Shown: positions 1-7,155 of the stretch, one piece after another
Numbering within the stretch: position 1 is the first letter of the stretch
Layout of the letters: the number at the start of each line of letters is the position of its first letter
Made by a program: the position numbers and the translations under genes
Source of the DNA: Delftia acidovorans NBRC 14950
GTDB taxonomy: Bacteria > Pseudomonadota > Gammaproteobacteria > Burkholderiales > Burkholderiaceae_C
DNA length: 32,000 nt
NCBI RefSeq assembly: GCF_001598795.1
Contig: NZ_BCZP01000004.1
Span: forward strand, 150,001 to 182,000
Direction of reading: 5' to 3'
Notes under the pieces: generated by a model
The model's database searches: none
Seen by the model: the letters and a program-made list of their open reading frames with translations, nothing else
What the model was told of the DNA's origin: nothing

Positions 1-216
1 GCTGAAGTCGCAGGCACGCAGCGTGCCCCGCCCCAGCCAGCGCGGAGGGCGTGCAGGTGTTTGGACAGAGGAAAGAGCCATGGCCAGCCGGAGCGGCGTG
101 CGCCCCAAAGACAAGAATGATTCTCATTTTATGGATCGCGCCGGTGCGGCGCTTTCTGCGGGGAATCCATGGCGTGCCCTGCCGCGCGCCCGGGCCGCCG
201 TGCGCCACAATGCGTG

Positions 217-1416
217 ATGCTCAGCCTCCAAGACATCCAGAACGCCGCCGACCGCCTGCGCGGCGCCGTGCTCGAAACGCCCTGCGTGGAATCGCGCACG
301 CTGTCCCAGATCACGGGAGCGCAGGTCTATCTCAAGTTCGAGAACCTGCAGTTCACGGCCTCGTTCAAGGAACGCGGCGCCCTCAACAAGCTGGCCCAGC
401 TCTCGCCCGAGGAGCGCGCACGCGGCGTGGTCGCCATGAGCGCCGGCAACCATGCCCAGGGCGTGGCCTACCACGCGCAGCGCCTGGGCGTGCGTGCCGT
501 CATCGTCATGCCGCGCTTCACGCCGGGCGTGAAGGTGGAGCGCACGCGCGGCTTCGGCGCCGAGATCGTGCTGCACGGCGACTCCCTGGCCGAGGCGCGC
601 CAGCATGCCTACACGCTGGCCGAGCAGCAGGGCCTGTGCTTCGTCCACCCCTATGACGACGAGCAGATCGCGGCGGGCCAGGGCACGCTGGCGCTGGAGA
701 TGCTGGCCGAGCAGCCCGACCTGGACCAGCTCATCGTGGCCATCGGCGGCGGCGGCCTGATCGCGGGCGTGGCCACGGCTGCCAAGGGGCTGAACCCGGA
801 CATCGAGATCATCGGCGTGCAGACCCAGCGCTTTCCGTCCATGTTCAATGCCGTGCGCCAGGCCGGGCTGCCCATGGGCACCTCGACCATCGCCGAGGGC
901 ATTGCCGTCACCCAGCCCGGCGCGATCACGCAGGAAGTCGTATCGCGCCTGGTGGACGACATGCTGCTGGTCGATGAAGGCGACATCGAGCAGGCCGTGC
1001 TCATGCTGCTGGAGATCGAGAAGACCCTGGTCGAGGGTGCGGGCGCCGCGGGCCTGGCCGCGCTGCTGCGCCATCCGCAGCACTTCGCGGGCAAGAAGGT
1101 GGGGCTGATCCTGTCGGGCGGCAACATCGATCCGCTGCTGCTGGCGGCCATCATCGGGCGAGGCATGGTGCGCTCCGGGCGGCTGGCGCGCATCAAGGTC
1201 AGCGCGCGCGACGTGCCCGGCGTGCTGGCGCGCATCACGGCCACGGTGGCGGCGGCGGGGGCCAATATCGAGGAAGTCCACCACCAGCGCGCCTTCACCA
1301 TGCTGGCCGCGCAGAGCGTGGAAATCGAGCTGGTGCTGCAGACCCGCAACAAGGCCCACATCGAAGAGGTCATCGCTGCCCTGCAGGCCGAAGGCATGCA
1401 GGTCAACGCCGTCTAG
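217..1416 (+). CDS. ilvA: threonine ammonia-lyase (threonine dehydratase), short form with one C-terminal ACT-like regulatory domain
   Basis: ORF 169..1416. It has the PLP-lysine region YLKFENLQFTASFKERGALNKL, the GGGGL glycine loop, and an ACT-like tail (RLARIKVSARDVPGVLARITATVAAAGANI). I prefer the start at ATG 217 (MLSLQDIQNAADRL...), but ATG 169 is also possible. Confidence 0.85.
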   Translation: MLSLQDIQNAADRLRGAVLETPCVESRTLSQITGAQVYLKFENLQFTASFKERGALNKLAQLSPEERARGVVAMSAGNHAQGVAYHAQRLGVRAVIVMPRFTPGVKVERTRGFGAEIVLHGDSLAEARQHAYTLAEQQGLCFVHPYDDEQIAAGQGTLALEMLAEQPDLDQLIVAIGGGGLIAGVATAAKGLNPDIEIIGVQTQRFPSMFNAVRQAGLPMGTSTIAEGIAVTQPGAITQEVVSRLVDDMLLVDEGDIEQAVLMLLEIEKTLVEGAGAAGLAALLRHPQHFAGKKVGLILSGGNIDPLLLAAIIGRGMVRSGRLARIKVSARDVPGVLARITATVAAAGANIEEVHHQRAFTMLAAQSVEIELVLQTRNKAHIEEVIAALQAEGMQVNAV

Positions 1417-1522
1417 AGCCCTAGCAGGCCCCTGGCCCCCTGTGTCATGGCTTTCCCCGAAGGCGCCGGCGGGCAGGCCTGCCTAGAATGGGGCATCCCC
1501 ATTGGCAGCCAGGAGCTTTTGC

Positions 1523-1672
1523 ATGTCGCATGATCCCGCAGCGAACCACGGCGAGCAGTCGCCCCCCGAAGACGCCACCGAGGCCATCGTCCCCTACATG
1601 CCCGTCATCCTGCCCCTGGCGGGCGCCGTGATGATGTTTCTGCTGGCCTTCATCGCCGTCAACATGGCCTGA
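1523..1672 (+). CDS. small (49 aa) predicted single-pass membrane protein, below the ORF-track size cutoff: MSHDPAANHGEQSPPEDATEAIVPYMPVILPLAGAVMMFLLAFIAVNMA
   Basis: Hand translation. AGGAG sits at 1511-1515, 7 nt upstream of ATG 1523. Almost every codon ends in G or C, like the neighbouring real genes. The C-terminus is a hydrophobic helix. An intrinsic terminator follows directly at 1698..1724. Confidence 0.55.
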   Translation: MSHDPAANHGEQSPPEDATEAIVPYMPVILPLAGAVMMFLLAFIAVNMA

Positions 1673-1697
1673 TACGGCCCCTTCGCCCCCTGCACCG

Positions 1698-1724
1698 AGC
1701 CCCGCTTTGCGGGGCTTTTTGTTT
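1698..1724 (+). terminator. rho-independent terminator after the mini-ORF / threonine dehydratase unit
   Basis: AGCCCCGC-TTT-GCGGGGCT stem-loop followed by TTTTGTTT. Confidence 0.7.
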
Positions 1725-1742
1725 GCCTATTGCATAGGCAAA
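1722..1742. promoter_or_regulatory. perfect 9-3-9 palindrome TTTGCCTAT-TGC-ATAGGCAAA, candidate operator upstream of pckG
   Basis: Read directly from the sequence. It lies about 60 bp upstream of the predicted pckG -35 element and is the first of three TGCATA-containing motifs. Confidence 0.35.
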
Positions 1743-1801
1743 AAGACAGATCATCTTGCATATTTCAATGCACAGAATGCATAGTTTTTGCCATTCGTTT
1801 G

Positions 1802-1830
1802 CTGACAAATTCGTGACCGCTCCCTAGAAT
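1802..1830 (+). promoter_or_regulatory. candidate sigma70 promoter of pckG (CTGACA-N17-TAGAAT)
   Basis: The -35-like CTGACA is at 1802-1807 and the -10-like TAGAAT at 1825-1830, with a 17-nt spacer. It sits in the only AT-richer patch upstream of pckG and implies a 5' leader of roughly 160 nt. Confidence 0.45.
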
Positions 1831-1997
1831 CGAATCCCCAGCCGGTGCGCCGCCAGCTTCCGCCAGCGCCGCCTCGCCGCCCCGAGAAGAGCTTCCTTCG
1901 CGCGCCGACTGAACAAGAGCCCGTTTCTCAAAGTTGGCGCGGCAACAGGCGCGTCCCCTTTGAAAAACTGGTTTTTTCAATTGAAGGAAGCTCCGCG

Positions 1998-3863
1998 ATG
2001 AACGCACCCGTCATGCAAGGCCTGAACATCCAGGCCCCTGCCTACGTCAAGAACAGCCGACTGATCGCCTGGGTGGCCGAGATGGCCGCACTGTGCAAGC
2101 CCGCCAAGATCCATTGGTGCGACGGCTCCCAGGAAGAGTACGAGCAGCTGTGCCAGCAGCTCGTCGATGCCGGCACCTTCAAGAAGCTCGATCCCGTCAA
2201 GCGCCCCGGCAGCTACCTGGCCTGGTCCGACCCGTCCGACGTGGCGCGCGTCGAGGACCGCACCTACATCTGCTCGGCCAACAAGGAAGATGCGGGCCCG
2301 ACCAACAACTGGATGGCCCCGAACGAGATGCGCGCCACGCTGCAGCCGCTGTTCGACGGCTGCATGGCCGGCCGCACCATGTATGTGGTGCCTTTCTCCA
2401 TGGGCCCGCTGGGCTCGCCCATCGCCCACGTGGGCGTGGAACTGTCCGACAGCGCCTATGTGGCCGTCAACATGAAGATCATGACCCGCATGGGCCGTGC
2501 CGTGTATGACGTGATCGGCGTGGAAGGCGAGTTCGTTCCCTGCGTGCACACCGTGGGCGCGCCCCTGGCCGAAGGCGAGAAGGACCAGACCAGCTGGCCC
2601 TGCAACAAGACCAAGTACATCGTCCACTACCCCGAGACGCGCGAGATCTGGAGCTATGGCTCGGGCTACGGCGGCAACGCCCTGCTGGGCAAGAAGTGCT
2701 TTGCGCTGCGCATCGCCTCCACCATGGGCCGCGACCAGGGCTGGCTGGCCGAGCACATGCTCATCCTGGGCGTGACCAACCCCCAGGGCAAGAAGTACCA
2801 CGTGGCTGCGGCCTTCCCCAGCGCCTGCGGCAAGACCAATTTCTCGATGCTGGTGCCGCCCAAGGTCTTCGAAGGCTGGAAGGTCACCACCATCGGCGAC
2901 GACATCGCCTGGATCAAGCCCCAGGCCGACGGCTCGCTGCGCGCCATCAACCCCGAAGCTGGCTACTTCGGCGTGGCTCCGGGCACGAACTACCACACCA
3001 ACCCCAACTGCATGGCCAGCCTCGACAAGAACGTGATCTTCACGAACGTCGCGCTGACCGATGACAACGACGTGTGGTGGGAAGGCATGGACAAGGACAC
3101 CGGCAAGCAGCCCGATCACCTGATCGACTGGCAAGGCAAGGACTGGACGCCCCAGATTGCCCGCGAAACCGGCGCCAAGGCCGCCCACCCCAACGCCCGC
3201 TTCACCGTGGCCGCGACCAACAACCCCGCGCTGGACGAAGCCTGGGACGATCCCAAGGGTGTGAAGATCGACGCCATCATCTTCGGCGGCCGCCGCTCCA
3301 CCACCGTGCCGCTGGTGACCGAGGCCCGCAACTGGACCGAAGGCGTCTACATGGCCGCCACCATGGGTTCGGAAACCACCGCCGCCGCCTTCGGCGCCCA
3401 GGGCGTGGTGCGCCGCGACCCCTTCGCCATGCTGCCGTTTGCCGGCTACAACATGAGCGACTACTTCCAGCACTGGCTCACGCTGGGCGCCAAGATCGAA
3501 GGCCAGGGCGCCGTCCTGCCCAAGATCTTCACCACCAACTGGTTCCGCAAGAACGCCGACGGCAAGTTCGTCTGGCCCGGCTACGGCGAGAACATGCGCG
3601 TCCTGAAGTGGATGATCGACCGCCTCGAAGGCCAGGCACAGGGCGAGCAGACCGCCTTCGGCATTGCGCCCCAGTACGCCGAGATCAACTGGACCGGCCT
3701 GGACTTCTCCGCCGACCAGTTCGCCAGCGTGACCAGCATCGACAAGGCCGCCTGGGCCGAGGAAATGCAGCTGCACACCGAGCACTTCGACAAGCTGGCC
3801 CACAAGCTGCCTCAAGAGCTGCTGGTGACCAAGGCCGAACTGGAAAAGCGCTTGGCGGCCTGA
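1998..3863 (+). CDS. pckG: phosphoenolpyruvate carboxykinase (GTP)
   Basis: ORF 1845..3863. The start is set at ATG 1998 ([26 protein letters not shown]...), with GAAGGA upstream. GTP-PEPCK hallmarks are present: [42 protein letters not shown]. Confidence 0.95.
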   Translation: MNAPVMQGLNIQAPAYVKNSRLIAWVAEMAALCKPAKIHWCDGSQEEYEQLCQQLVDAGTFKKLDPVKRPGSYLAWSDPSDVARVEDRTYICSANKEDAGPTNNWMAPNEMRATLQPLFDGCMAGRTMYVVPFSMGPLGSPIAHVGVELSDSAYVAVNMKIMTRMGRAVYDVIGVEGEFVPCVHTVGAPLAEGEKDQTSWPCNKTKYIVHYPETREIWSYGSGYGGNALLGKKCFALRIASTMGRDQGWLAEHMLILGVTNPQGKKYHVAAAFPSACGKTNFSMLVPPKVFEGWKVTTIGDDIAWIKPQADGSLRAINPEAGYFGVAPGTNYHTNPNCMASLDKNVIFTNVALTDDNDVWWEGMDKDTGKQPDHLIDWQGKDWTPQIARETGAKAAHPNARFTVAATNNPALDEAWDDPKGVKIDAIIFGGRRSTTVPLVTEARNWTEGVYMAATMGSETTAAAFGAQGVVRRDPFAMLPFAGYNMSDYFQHWLTLGAKIEGQGAVLPKIFTTNWFRKNADGKFVWPGYGENMRVLKWMIDRLEGQAQGEQTAFGIAPQYAEINWTGLDFSADQFASVTSIDKAAWAEEMQLHTEHFDKLAHKLPQELLVTKAELEKRLAA

Positions 3864-3881
3864 TCCGGCGCCAGCCCATGG

Positions 3882-3910
3882 AAAAAGCCTCGCAGTGCGA
3901 GGCTTTTTTG
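3882..3910 (+). terminator. rho-independent terminator of pckG
   Basis: AGCCTCG-CAGTG-CGAGGCT stem-loop followed by TTTTTT. An A-run precedes it, so it could act in both directions. Confidence 0.75.
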
Positions 3911-3939
3911 TGGCGTTTCAACGACGCCCCCCAGACAAC

Positions 3940-3973
3940 AAAAAAGCCGCGCCTTGTGGGCAGCGGCTTTTTT
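3940..3973 (-). terminator. second A/T-flanked hairpin, likely the terminator of the convergent minus-strand gene 4006..4425
   Basis: AAAAAAGCCGC-(12 nt loop)-GCGGCTTTTTT. On the minus strand the hairpin is followed by a T-run. Confidence 0.6.
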
Positions 3974-4005
3974 GGAGGAGCGCCGAAAGGCGCCCCAGGC
4001 AGAGA

Positions 4006-4425
4006 TCAGTTGCCTTGACGATCCATGGCGCGGGCCAGGTCGGCCATCAGGCGGGCATCCTGCAGGGCGGCATTCCAGATGCGCTCGTCGGCAGCGGCCT
4101 GCTGGCGGCTCTCGGTCCAGGCGCGGTAGCCGGCGCGGGCCATGATGGCAGCGCGGCGGGCGGGAGCGGAGAACAGGGCCAAGCCCATGAAGGCGGCGAC
4201 CCACAGCACCACCCAGGCGCCCAGCATGTGGCCGTCGGTCCAGTTGTGGGCGACCTCGTTGACCACCACCATCAGCGCGGCCACCAGGGCAGCGAGCAGC
4301 AGGGCGCTGGCGCCACGCTTGCCGGAGAAACGCTTGGCAGCGCTCTTGCGGTCATCGGCGGCTTGATAGACATGCACCACACCAGGGTGCTCGACACAGT
4401 AGGAGTTGTAAATGAAGTTGCTCAT
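4006..4425 (-). CDS. hypothetical membrane protein (139 aa, two predicted TM helices, Ala/Arg-rich helical C-terminal tail)
   Basis: The ORF has GC3 bias and hydrophobic segments (ASALLLAALVAALMVVV, LGAWVVLWVAAFMGLALF). I do not recognise a family. Confidence 0.6.
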   Translation of the reverse strand: MSNFIYNSYCVEHPGVVHVYQAADDRKSAAKRFSGKRGASALLLAALVAALMVVVNEVAHNWTDGHMLGAWVVLWVAAFMGLALFSAPARRAAIMARAGYRAWTESRQQAAADERIWNAALQDARLMADLARAMDRQGN

Positions 4426-4486
4426 GGCAGATAAACCCAGTTAAATAGCCGCTTTTGACGGCGTGGCGGGCGACTAGGTGTAACTA

Positions 4487-4500
4487 TAGGGTTTACCCTA
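4487..4500. promoter_or_regulatory. palindrome TAGGGT-TT-ACCCTA in the divergent intergenic region, candidate LysR-type regulator site
   Basis: Read directly from the sequence. It lies between the divergent starts at 4425 (-) and 4567 (+). LysR regulators typically autoregulate through dyads in such regions. Confidence 0.3.
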
Positions 4501-4566
4501 GAGCTCTTCAAATTTATATCTTGAATCTGTAGCATTCACGCCAGTGATGACTCAGCGCCCGCCGCC

Positions 4567-5526
4567 ATGTCTGCCCTGAACTTCCGCACACTGGATCTGA
4601 ACCTGCTGCGCGTCTTCGACGAGGTGATGGCAGAGCGCAGCCTGACGCGGGCGGCACACAAGCTGGCCATCACCCAGCCGGCCGTGAGCAACGCCCTGCG
4701 CCGCCTGCGCGAGGCCCTGGGCGACGAGCTCCTGGTGCGCCAGGGCCAGGGCGTGGAGCCCACGCCGCGCGCGCTGGCGCTGTGGCCCGTGATCCGGGAG
4801 GCGCTGCAGCAGCTGCAGGACACGCTGACGCCGGGCGAATTCCATCCTTCCACCGCCACCGCCACCTTTGTGCTGGCCATGGCCGACGCCACGGCCGCCA
4901 CGCTGATCCCGCCCATGTTCAGCCTGCTGGAGCGCGAGGCGCCCGGCGTGGGCATCCGCGTGCTGCCGCTGACCACGCGCGACCCGCGCGGCCTGCTGGA
5001 GGCCGGCGAGGCCGACATGGCCGTGGGCTACTTCCCCGCCGCGCTGGCCGACCTGACGGCGCGCGCGCAGTCGGGCGCCCTGGTGGCCTTCGACAGCCGG
5101 CGCCTGTACGAAGGCGAGTACCTGTGCGTGATGCGCCAGGGCCATCCCCTGGCCGATGTGCCGCTGACGCTGGACAACTACTGCGCGGCGCGCCACATGC
5201 TGGTGAGCTTCTCGGGCCGCTCCTTCGGTTTCATCGACGAGGCCCTGGCCTCGCTGGGCCGCACGCGCCAGGTGGTGCTCACCGTCAACCAGTTCTTCAC
5301 GGCCGGGCGCGTGGTCATGAACTCCAACCTGCTGACCATATTGCCGCGCCACTTCGTGCCCGTGACCGGCATGGCCGACAAGCTGGTGCTGCGCGAGCTG
5401 CCCTTCGACGTGCAGCCCGTGCATGTGGACGCGCTGTGGCGCCGGCGCGGCCAGCATCCGCAGGCCTACGACTGGCTGCTGCGCACGCTCACGCGCTCGG
5501 CCGAGGCCACCTTCCCGCACACCTGA
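4567..5526 (+). CDS. LysR-family transcriptional regulator
   Basis: N-terminal wHTH motif LDLNLLRVFDEVMAERSLTRAAHKLAITQPAVSNALRRLRE, followed by a substrate-binding-type C-terminal domain. Confidence 0.9.
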   Translation: MSALNFRTLDLNLLRVFDEVMAERSLTRAAHKLAITQPAVSNALRRLREALGDELLVRQGQGVEPTPRALALWPVIREALQQLQDTLTPGEFHPSTATATFVLAMADATAATLIPPMFSLLEREAPGVGIRVLPLTTRDPRGLLEAGEADMAVGYFPAALADLTARAQSGALVAFDSRRLYEGEYLCVMRQGHPLADVPLTLDNYCAARHMLVSFSGRSFGFIDEALASLGRTRQVVLTVNQFFTAGRVVMNSNLLTILPRHFVPVTGMADKLVLRELPFDVQPVHVDALWRRRGQHPQAYDWLLRTLTRSAEATFPHT

Positions 5527-5574
5527 GAGCGTGTTGCGGGGGCGCGCGCCAGCGCAGGTTCTACACTTGGCCGC

Positions 5575-6474
5575 ATGAAGATCCAGCTGCTGTCCGACCT
5601 GCACCTCGAGGCCCATCCGCATTTCATCGCCGAGCCCGCACCCGATGCCGACGTGCTGGTGCTGGCCGGCGACATAGGCTCCTACCAAAGCGGCAGCCTG
5701 CTGCAAGGCGAGCACTTCGGGCTGGAGCGTTTCTCTCCCCTGCCCCAGTACGCGGGCTGGCCCTGCCCCGTGATCTTCGTGCCGGGCAACCATGAGTACG
5801 ACATGCAGGACTTCGACGCCGCCCATGCCCGCCTGCGCGCCGCCTGCGAGCGCATGGGCATGGTCTGGCTGGAGCGCGAGACCGCCGTGCTGGGCGGCGT
5901 GCGCTTCGTGGGCACCACGCTGTGGAGCGACTACGACGCCATGTCCATGCACGAAGGCGTGAGCGACCTGACCCGGCTGCTGAAGCTGCGCGAGAAGGCC
6001 TTCCGCGCCGCCAACTTCTACCTGCACAAGACCGGCGGCACGCGCGGCGGCGAGCCCTTTCTGGCCGAGCCCATGCGCGAGCAGTCGCTGGTCTGCCAGC
6101 AATGGCTGCGCCAGGCGCTGGCCCGGCCTTTCGACGGCCCCACGGTGGCCGTCACGCATTTCGCGCCCAGCCTGCGCAGCGCCGATCCGCGCTATGGCCT
6201 GGTGCCCGGCACGGCCGGCTTTTGCAATGTGCTCGACGACCTGCTGCCCTTTGCCGATCTGTGGCTGCACGGCCACCTGCATTCGCCCAGCGACTATGTG
6301 GCCGAGGGCCTGCGCGACGATGGCAGCGCCTGGCGCTGCCGCGTGGTGGCCAACCCGCTGGGCTATGCACGCAAGGGCGAGCAGGAGGGCTTTTTCCCGC
6401 GCTCTACCATCGAGTTGCCGGCGCACGTGACCGCAGGGGCGGCAGAGGTGGCAGATGCGCCGGTCCGCGCTTGA
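5575..6474 (+). CDS. metallophosphoesterase (calcineurin-like phosphoesterase family)
   Basis: Motifs SDLHLE, LAGDIG, VPGNHEY, THFAP and LHGHLH match the dinuclear metal-site signature. Confidence 0.85.
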   Translation: MKIQLLSDLHLEAHPHFIAEPAPDADVLVLAGDIGSYQSGSLLQGEHFGLERFSPLPQYAGWPCPVIFVPGNHEYDMQDFDAAHARLRAACERMGMVWLERETAVLGGVRFVGTTLWSDYDAMSMHEGVSDLTRLLKLREKAFRAANFYLHKTGGTRGGEPFLAEPMREQSLVCQQWLRQALARPFDGPTVAVTHFAPSLRSADPRYGLVPGTAGFCNVLDDLLPFADLWLHGHLHSPSDYVAEGLRDDGSAWRCRVVANPLGYARKGEQEGFFPRSTIELPAHVTAGAAEVADAPVRA

Positions 6475-6537
6475 CCTGGATCAAGCACTCCATCCCGGCT
6501 TGGGCTTAGTCTTGGGCCATACCAAAGGAGGACTTTC

Positions 6538-6960
6538 ATGAACATCCTGCTCGCAGTCGATGGCAGCCCCTACACCCAGAAGATGCTGGCCTACCTGACC
6601 TCGCACCCCGAGATCCTGGGCTCCGCCCACAGCTACAGCGCCATCACCGTCCAGCCCCAGCTGCCGGCCCGCGCGCGCGCCGCCCTGGGCAAGGAGGTGG
6701 TGGACGAGTACTACGCCGAGGAATCGACCAAGGTGCTGGACCCCGTGTGCAGCTACCTGGCCGAACACGGCGTGCAGGCCACGCGCCTGAGCAAGGTGGG
6801 CCCGGTCGCCGACTCCATCATCAAGGCCGCCGAGGAAGGCAAGTTCGACCTGCTGGTCATGGGCACGCATGGCCATGGCGCGCTGGGCCGCCTGGTCATG
6901 GGCTCGGTCAGCACCCAGGTGCTGGCCGGCAGCCAGGTGCCGGTGCTGCTGATCCGCTGA
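6538..6960 (+). CDS. universal stress protein (UspA family)
   Basis: MNILLAVDGSPYT... and LLVMGTHGHGALGRLVMGSVSTQVLAGSQVPVLLIR. A strong AAGGAGGA Shine-Dalgarno sequence lies upstream. Confidence 0.9.
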   Translation: MNILLAVDGSPYTQKMLAYLTSHPEILGSAHSYSAITVQPQLPARARAALGKEVVDEYYAEESTKVLDPVCSYLAEHGVQATRLSKVGPVADSIIKAAEEGKFDLLVMGTHGHGALGRLVMGSVSTQVLAGSQVPVLLIR

Positions 6961-7032
6961 TCCGCTGCACCGTGGACATGCGGCGCCCATAACCAGAAAA
7001 AGCAAAGCGCAGGCTTCACGGCGCAATGAACC

Positions 7033-7067
7033 AAAGACGGCTCCCCCGCGGGAGCCGTCTTTTTTTT
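7033..7067 (+). terminator. strong rho-independent terminator after usp
   Basis: 13-bp stem AAAGACGGCTCCC-CCGC-GGGAGCCGTCTTT followed by a T-run. Confidence 0.8.
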
Positions 7068-7155
7068 CATCGCAGCTTGCCGCCGTCGTGCATGGCCTGC
7101 CGTCACCGGGCTGTCACAGCCGCCTTTTACAGTCGCGCGATTTGTCACACAGGGG

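Noticed and set aside
1-216. Possible coding sequence at the extreme left edge: plus-strand ORF 23..217, or a minus-strand start at 79-81 that runs off the window.
   Set aside because: It is too short, with mixed third-position composition and no recognisable motif. The question cannot be decided without the upstream sequence.
1845-1997. Upstream extensions of real genes in the track: pckG from 1845, hpaH from 16497, hpaR from 19736, the lipoprotein from 24596, minC from 29381.
   Set aside because: The extensions lack similarity to the families. They overlap upstream genes or terminators. Internal ATGs with Shine-Dalgarno sequences match where homologs begin.
3878-4018. A small plus-strand ORF (MEKASQCEAFLWRF...) in the pckG downstream region.
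   Set aside because: It reads directly through two A/T-flanked terminator hairpins, and it has no Shine-Dalgarno sequence or coding bias.
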